A DNA stretch of 64,000 bases, taken from positions 29,832,758-29,896,757 of the forward strand of contig JARDVH010000193.1 of assembly GCA_030324005.1 (NCBI GenBank). The letters run 5' to 3'. The notes below the pieces were generated by a model. It was not told the DNA's origin. It saw nothing but the letters and a program-made list of their open reading frames with translations, and did not search any database. The translations under genes and the position numbers were made by a program. Shown one piece after another: positions 62,008 through 64,000 of this stretch (positions are counted from its first letter, which is position 1; each line of letters begins with the position of its first letter). The stretch is from Negaprion brevirostris. Taxonomy: Eukaryota.

Positions 62008-62310
62008 GTGACACTGTGGCACAGTGGTTAGCACTGCTTCCTCACAGCGCCAGGGACCCTGGTTCAATTGCAGCCTTGGGTGAGTGTGCAGAGTTTGCAC
62101 CTTCTCCCTGTGTCTGTGTGGGTTTCCTCCGGGTGCTCCAGTTTCCTCCCACAGTCCAAAGATATGCAGGTTAGGATGCTAAATTGGCCCTTAGTGTAGG
62201 GGAATTAGCAGGGTAAATACATGGGGTTACGGGGATAGGGATTGTTGTTGGTGTAGACTTGATGGCCACATGGCCTTCTTTTGCACTATAGGAATTCTAT
62301 GATTCTATGA
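62008..62310 (+). mobile_element. HE1 SINE, tandem with the previous copy
   Basis: GTGGCACAGTGGTTAGCACTGC head and ATTCTATGATTCTATGA tail. Confidence 0.92.
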
Positions 62311-63139
62311 TTTTCTAATTCTTCACCCGAAGTGAGGTATTTTATGTGCACAAATGCATACTAGAAAATGATGGCTCCTCACATGGATGCAAGCATAGAA
62401 AACCTCCCTTATTTTCTGTAACTGGTTTACCCAACCTTCATTTTTTCAATTTTGAGGTTTTTTTTATGGGTGAAGAGGGCGCAATGAACGAATTTTTGAA
62501 AATTTACATTGTTTTCTAAATACACCGGATGTTGCTGTCCCTAAAGACTATAGCTTCAATTATAGTGCCATGATTGGTCATCACTGTGTCATAAGCCCTA
62601 TTTATAATTTAGTCACTCACTTGTTCAGAATGTTGTTTTCAATGATATTCTCCGTCTCTCTGTAATCATTATAGTTTGTGCTGATGTGGCTGGCNNNNNN
62701 NNNNNNNNNNNNNNNNNNNNNNNNNNNNNNNNNNNNNNNNNNNNNNTGTTTGAAGTCTATTTAAAGCTTAATTTAATATGAATGAATTTTAAACGGCTTG
62801 TGAAGATCAACAAACAATGGAGTACTGGATTAAGTAGCACTAATCTAAAAGAAGGTGTATGTATATTAACAAATTGCTATATCAGCACATCATCACCTTG
62901 CTCATCACTACCTTAAAGACTTTGTCCCTTCTATTTCTTATTTTTATTATAATAGCCTTCTTAAATAATATTTATTTTTATTTTCTTTATTTTGATGGGG
63001 ATCAGAGTATGGCCCAACTCTGTGACATCTATTTTTCTCAGCGCAAATTATTAGACTATTACATACAGACCACAATTATGGTTTCAAACTGCTTAAGGAG
63101 AATAGAGACTAATATTTGTGCTGGAATCATTAAATTATA

Positions 63140-64000
63140 CAATGCTTACAGCGCAAAAGAAGGCCATTCAGCCCTTCATGTTACATGAGCCACTCAACTT
63201 GTCCCATGACTCCGCCCTTTCCCCATTAACTGGCAATTGGTTTCTCTTCACAAAGTTACCCAAATCCCTTTTGAAAGCCACACTTTAAATTGCCACTGAA
63301 TCAAATATTCAGTGCATTCCAGATCCTAAATCACCCCCAATACCAAAATCCCCGCCAACATTCTTCTTCAAGTTCTTCTTCATTTCACATTTGCTTCTAT
63401 TGCCATTCCTCTTAAATTGCTGTTCTATGATTCTCAACCCTCCTGCCATGGGGAACAATTTCTCTATACGCACTATGTTTAAACACCCAATGATTTTGAG
63501 CATCCCTAGCAAATCTCCTCTCAAATGTCTCCAACAGTACCAGCTTCTCCAATCTATCCAGATAAATAGAATCATAGAATTCTACAGTGCAAAGGGAGGC
63601 TATTCAGCCATGAAATCTGTACCGACCACAATCCCACCCAGGCCATATCCCCATAATCTCATCCTAGCTAGTCCCCCTGACATGAAGGGGCAATTTAAAA
63701 TGGCCAATCCACCAAACCCGCACATCTTTGGAGTGCAGGAGGGAACTGGAGCACCAGAAACCCACACAGACATGGGGAGAATGTGCAAACTCAACACGGT
63801 GACCCGAGCCGGGAATCAAACCCGGATCCCTGGCGCTGTGAGGCAGCAGTGCTAACCACTGTGCTACTGTGCTGCCTGTGGCACAGTGGCACAGTGAAAG
63901 TGCCACAATGAAGTGGCACGATGAAGTCTTTCATTCCTGAACCATTATTGTAAATCTCTTCTGTACCTTCTAGGAATGCGTTCATATCCTTCCTAAATTG
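63140..64000 (-). mobile_element. CR1 LINE 3' fragment interrupted by an HE1 SINE (63567-63875, minus)
   Basis: RHLRGDLLGMLKIIGCLNIVRIEKLFPM (CR1). The HE1 has a full head and GAATTCTATGATTCTAT tail. Confidence 0.85.

Overview
Repeat-dense vertebrate genomic DNA, almost certainly from a cartilaginous fish (shark), judged from abundant HE1-type SINEs and their CR1/HER1-type LINE partners. It comes from a gappy scaffolded assembly with many N-runs, often about 100 nt. No complete protein-coding gene, rRNA, true tRNA gene or CRISPR array is visible. Most of the window is decayed mobile DNA: HE1 and other tRNA-headed SINEs, Deu-domain SINEs, CR1, L2, Rex1/Babar and RTE LINEs, Penelope elements, a Gypsy LTR with a gag start, and a PIF/Harbinger-type Myb/SANT gene with GC-rich MITE-like elements. 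Four non-repeat signals stand out: (1) a decayed UACA-family coiled-coil pseudogene at ~37.8-41.1 kb (minus) whose two halves appear to be in permuted order around a doubly truncated CR1 fragment; (2) several short minus-strand exon candidates with good splice signals, from a host gene I cannot name; (3) a ~4 kb repeat desert (24.6-28.6 kb) resembling a 3' UTR or constrained block, containing a small hairpin/CCAAT array; (4) an HE1 SINE variant that seems to carry a Rex1/Babar-type tail. All family assignments come from recalled consensus motifs, not database searches, and repeat boundaries are approximate (+/- 10-30 nt). I see no strong evidence for a wholly new biological system.
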